Positions 61,501 to 64,000 of a stretch of DNA of 64,000 nt are shown here, in pieces. Numbering within the stretch: the first letter of the stretch is position 1; the number at the start of each line of letters is the position of its first letter. The notes under the pieces are model-generated. The model worked only from the letters and a program-made list of their open reading frames with translations. It was not told where the DNA came from and ran no database searches. The position numbers were made by a program, and so were the translations under genes. This stretch comes from Schmidtea polychroa (lineage: Eukaryota), in NCBI GenBank assembly GCA_044892525.1, contig CM097886.1, forward strand, positions 99,448,001-99,512,000, in the 5' to 3' direction.

Positions 61501-64000
61501 AACAAAAGGAAGACAATGAATTAAAACTAATAATTGAGTTCCTGGAAAAAAACGATATGAAAATATTCAACAACGATGATCGACTAAAAGAACACATGGA
61601 GAAAAATCGTCACAGATATACGATCGAGAAAGGATGGCTATTGGTAATGGATGGCGACAAACGATTGATGTGTCTACCAGAAAGTAGACGGAAAGAAATT
61701 ATGATTCAATACCACGATGGTAAATTGGGCGGACATATGTCAGCCAAGAAAACAGAAGCAAGGCTCAAACAGAAATATTACTGGCCAAATATGAGCGATG
61801 ACGTGAAAGAATGGATAAAGAACTGCCTGATATGCGCAACCAGAAAAACAACGGGCAGTAAACTAAAGCCACCATTGAAACCAATGCCGATACCGCCAGA
61901 ACCGATGACAATGATTGCAATGGATGTAGTTGGACCACTACCAGAGACTAACAGTGGAAATGTGTATATATTGGTAATAACTGATTATCTGACTAAGTTC
62001 CCTGAAGCATTTGCGATGCCAGACCAGAAAGCACGAACGGTTGCAAGGATATTAGTGGAAGAGATCTGCTGCAGATATGGAACACCAAAACAAATCTTAA
62101 CTGACCAAGGAACTAATTTCATGAGCGAGATAATAAATGAAGTGACAAATTATTTTAGAATTGCCAAATTGAGAACCTCACCATACCACCCGCAAACGAA
62201 TGGTCAGACAGAAAGATTTAACGGCATACTAATAGACATGATGTCCAATTACGTGAGTAAACATCAAAAGGACTGGGATGAATATATTAAGTTGTGTCTA
62301 ATGGCTTATCGAATGTCAATACACTCAGCAACGAAAATGAGTCCGTTTAAACTCATGTATGGAAGGGAATGCAACATGCCGATGGATCTCGAATACCAAC
62401 CGCCAATCTCACAATATATGGAGATAGATGATTATGTGACAAAGTTCAAGGAGAGAATGCAAGAAATATGGAAAACCGCAGGGATGAACATCCGATTCAA
62501 CCAAGAGAGTTATAAGGAATTACATGATAAAAAGAAGAACGTGCAAAACCATCAATTTAAAATCGGAGATTGGGTTATTATAGAAACACCCGAATTAATC
62601 CCAGGAACAGCAAAGAAATTACAACGTAATGGCAGAGGGCCATATGAAATCATCTATGTAAACGAGAACAACGCTAGAGTGAAGTTGGTTAACAATCCAC
62701 TAATTAGACCTATTTATGTGAATACATGTCGATGCAAAGCAGTAGCGAAAACTGCCACTAAAGACCCAGAAACAAGAAGGATAATCACGAGATCACAAAC
62801 AAATGCCACAACGGAACCAGAAGTAAGCGGTAGATTAACTAGATCACAGACAAGACGGATATTCATGTTGAGAGGAGAAACAAGCAGCAGCGCCCATAAA
62901 GGAACTGAAGCAGAAAGCGAAGCGGACGCAATGGCAAGGAGCCAAGCAACATGGAATATGACAGTAAAAATAGCACGAGAAATTGTACCAGAATGGGCCG
63001 ATATAACCAATAAATACCAAGTGTTGGGCAAACTAATGTTAGTAGCAGAAAGATATGCGAAAGGACGAAGATATGCCGAAGGATTACAAATACCGACTCA
63101 AATATATGAACTAATCCGGAGATTACCAATCATGTTCCTAACAAGTGATTTGAGTAATAACTGGCCAATCCATCATGCAGTGAAAGCAGGACAAGAAAAA
63201 CGAGCTTTAGAGATTATACGAATAATGGAAAACTGCAAACAATCAACAAACGTCAAAAACAGTAAAGGAAAAACTCCACTGATGAAAGCCATAGCAATAG
63301 GCGCGTCAAGAGATGTACTCAGAGAATTATTAAGAACGGGATCCACGCTGAAAGAAAAAGACAACAAACAACGAACCGTATTACGTTATGCCGTCAGGTC
63401 AAAAAGACCTAGTATAGTGAACTTTATCACAGGAAATGCAACAACCGAAGAAGCCGAGGTATTGGGACAGAGCATTGAACCAATTCTGGAAGCCATCAGA
63501 GGAAACTTAGACAGAACCGCAGCAATATTAATCAAATGGAAACAAAACGAATTAAGAGCGGAAGTAATTGATATAAATCAATTCCAAAACAACGAAAATA
63601 TCGTACTAAGAAGCGCCATATACTCAAGACCACCAATGCCAAAAACCATTAAAGCAATATTACAGAGAAATAGAACAGAATTGACAGGTAATTGGTGGAA
63701 ATGCACAAAAACACATGCGATGAAAAAGCAACTAGAAATACTAGTGTGGGAATGGCACCGGAAACAACGGAAATATCAAGGAACCAAAGAAGAACGAGAA
63801 AGTATCCACAACGACAAAAAAGAGATAATTAAAAAATACGAGGAGATGATCAAAGCAGCAAATGTCGAGGACGACATTTTCAGGAAAACCCCGGGTGAGA
63901 GGAATGACGACGACGACGACGACGAAAGGATGGGGGATAACGATAACAACCCAGAGGAAAACGACAGAGAACAGAATCCGGAAGGCGGAGAAACAACGAG
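51555..64000 (+). CDS. Gag-cargo-Env-Pol polyprotein, at least 4148 aa, 3'-incomplete (frame open from 51246; first ATG 51555)
   Basis: Line-by-line hand translation found no stop from 51246 to 64000. Confidence 0.93.
   Translation, partial: [4148 protein letters not shown]
53625..53840 (+). other. Polyprotein domain: ubiquitin-like domain 1
   Basis: [46 protein letters not shown]..ILTL follows the ubiquitin beta-grasp pattern. Confidence 0.55.
54150..54419 (+). other. Polyprotein domain: ubiquitin-like domain 2, ending in Gly-Gly
   Basis: [61 protein letters not shown]..SGG aligns with ubiquitin MQIFVK..EVEPSDTIENVK..LIFAGKQLEDGRTL..LRGG. Confidence 0.7.
54792..55229 (+). other. Polyprotein domain: TRAF-type MATH domain
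   Basis: [69 protein letters not shown]..IRVEV closely follows the TRAF2/3/5 TRAF-C sequence. Confidence 0.92.
55608..55805 (+). other. Polyprotein domain: ubiquitin-like domain 3
   Basis: [46 protein letters not shown]..LTV. Confidence 0.6.
56400..56798 (+). other. Polyprotein domain: Bcl-2-like helical domain
   Basis: BH2-like [16 protein letters not shown] (compare Bcl-xL LEPWIQENGGWDTFVE) and a degenerate BH1-like [11 protein letters not shown]. Confidence 0.6.
56910..58730 (+). other. Polyprotein domain: chuvirus-like envelope glycoprotein (signal 56910-56969, ectodomain, TM ~58623-58730)
   Basis: The Cys/motif pattern YDC..[65 protein letters not shown].LGI matches my recollection of the chuviral G family. 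Confidence 0.8.
59330..59660 (+). other. Polyprotein domain: retroviral-type aspartic protease
   Basis: [10 protein letters not shown] (DTG at 59403-59411) and CIIGTD. Confidence 0.92.
60140..61412 (+). other. Polyprotein domains: reverse transcriptase and RNase H
   Basis: RPYR, [32 protein letters not shown], YIDD (60621-60632), FLGH; RNase H TDAS, E(REALA), TDH and ADCMSR. Confidence 0.97.
61713..62720 (+). other. Polyprotein domain: integrase (HHCC, D-D35-E, GPY)
   Basis: H..GH..CLIC; D at 61923, D at 62103 and E at 62211 (35-residue spacing); GPY at 62637-62645. Confidence 0.97.
63162..63660 (+). other. Polyprotein domain: ankyrin repeats (3-5) C-terminal to integrase
   Basis: [26 protein letters not shown] and [14 protein letters not shown], plus further degenerate repeats. 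Confidence 0.8.

Larger units (their letters stand above)
43087..64000 (+). mobile_element. Giant Ty3/gypsy (Metaviridae) LTR retroelement with an envelope-like gene and host-derived cargo; 3' end beyond the window
   Basis: LTR, PBS, leader with RING ORF, then a single polyprotein in the order Gag, cargo, G, PR, RT, RH, IN. RT and RH motifs are Ty3/gypsy type ([29 protein letters not shown]). Confidence 0.95.

Noticed and set aside
50913-63367. About 30 minus-strand ORFs listed in the ORF track over the giant element
   Set aside because: They are antisense shadows of the A-rich plus-strand polyprotein (Ser/Phe/Leu-rich) and show no domain motifs.

Overview
AT-rich eukaryotic DNA with 42-52 nt introns, (AAT)n tracts and three N-gaps; a flatworm/planarian-like host is my inference only. 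There are two host genes, both on the minus strand: PSMB1 (2 exons) and a PHAF1/C16orf70 (UPF0183) homolog (7-8 exons, two introns inflated by TEs). The rest is nested mobile DNA: an intact Charlie/Buster-type hAT, decayed hATs, a Merlin element, MITEs, a Penelope fragment with hammerhead motifs, an RLE non-LTR fragment and several solo or truncated LTRs. The main feature is a giant Ty3/gypsy element starting at 43087 and running off the window. It has a 4.3-kb LTR carrying two small genes, a tRNA-Pro-type PBS, an IAP-type RING ORF, and one stop-free ORF (51246 to >64000, at least 4148 codons from the first ATG). The supplied ORF track omits this ORF, presumably because it has no stop in the window. 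I translated it by hand: Gag (3x CCHC), two ubiquitin-like domains, TRAF-type MATH, a third ubiquitin-like domain, a Bcl-2-like domain, an internal signal peptide, a chuvirus-like glycoprotein with TM, protease, a dUTPase-like fold, RT, RNase H, integrase and ankyrin repeats. A recurrent [RQK]I[NCF][MLT][MLI] motif sits at module boundaries. All domain calls come from motif recognition by eye; no database search was run.
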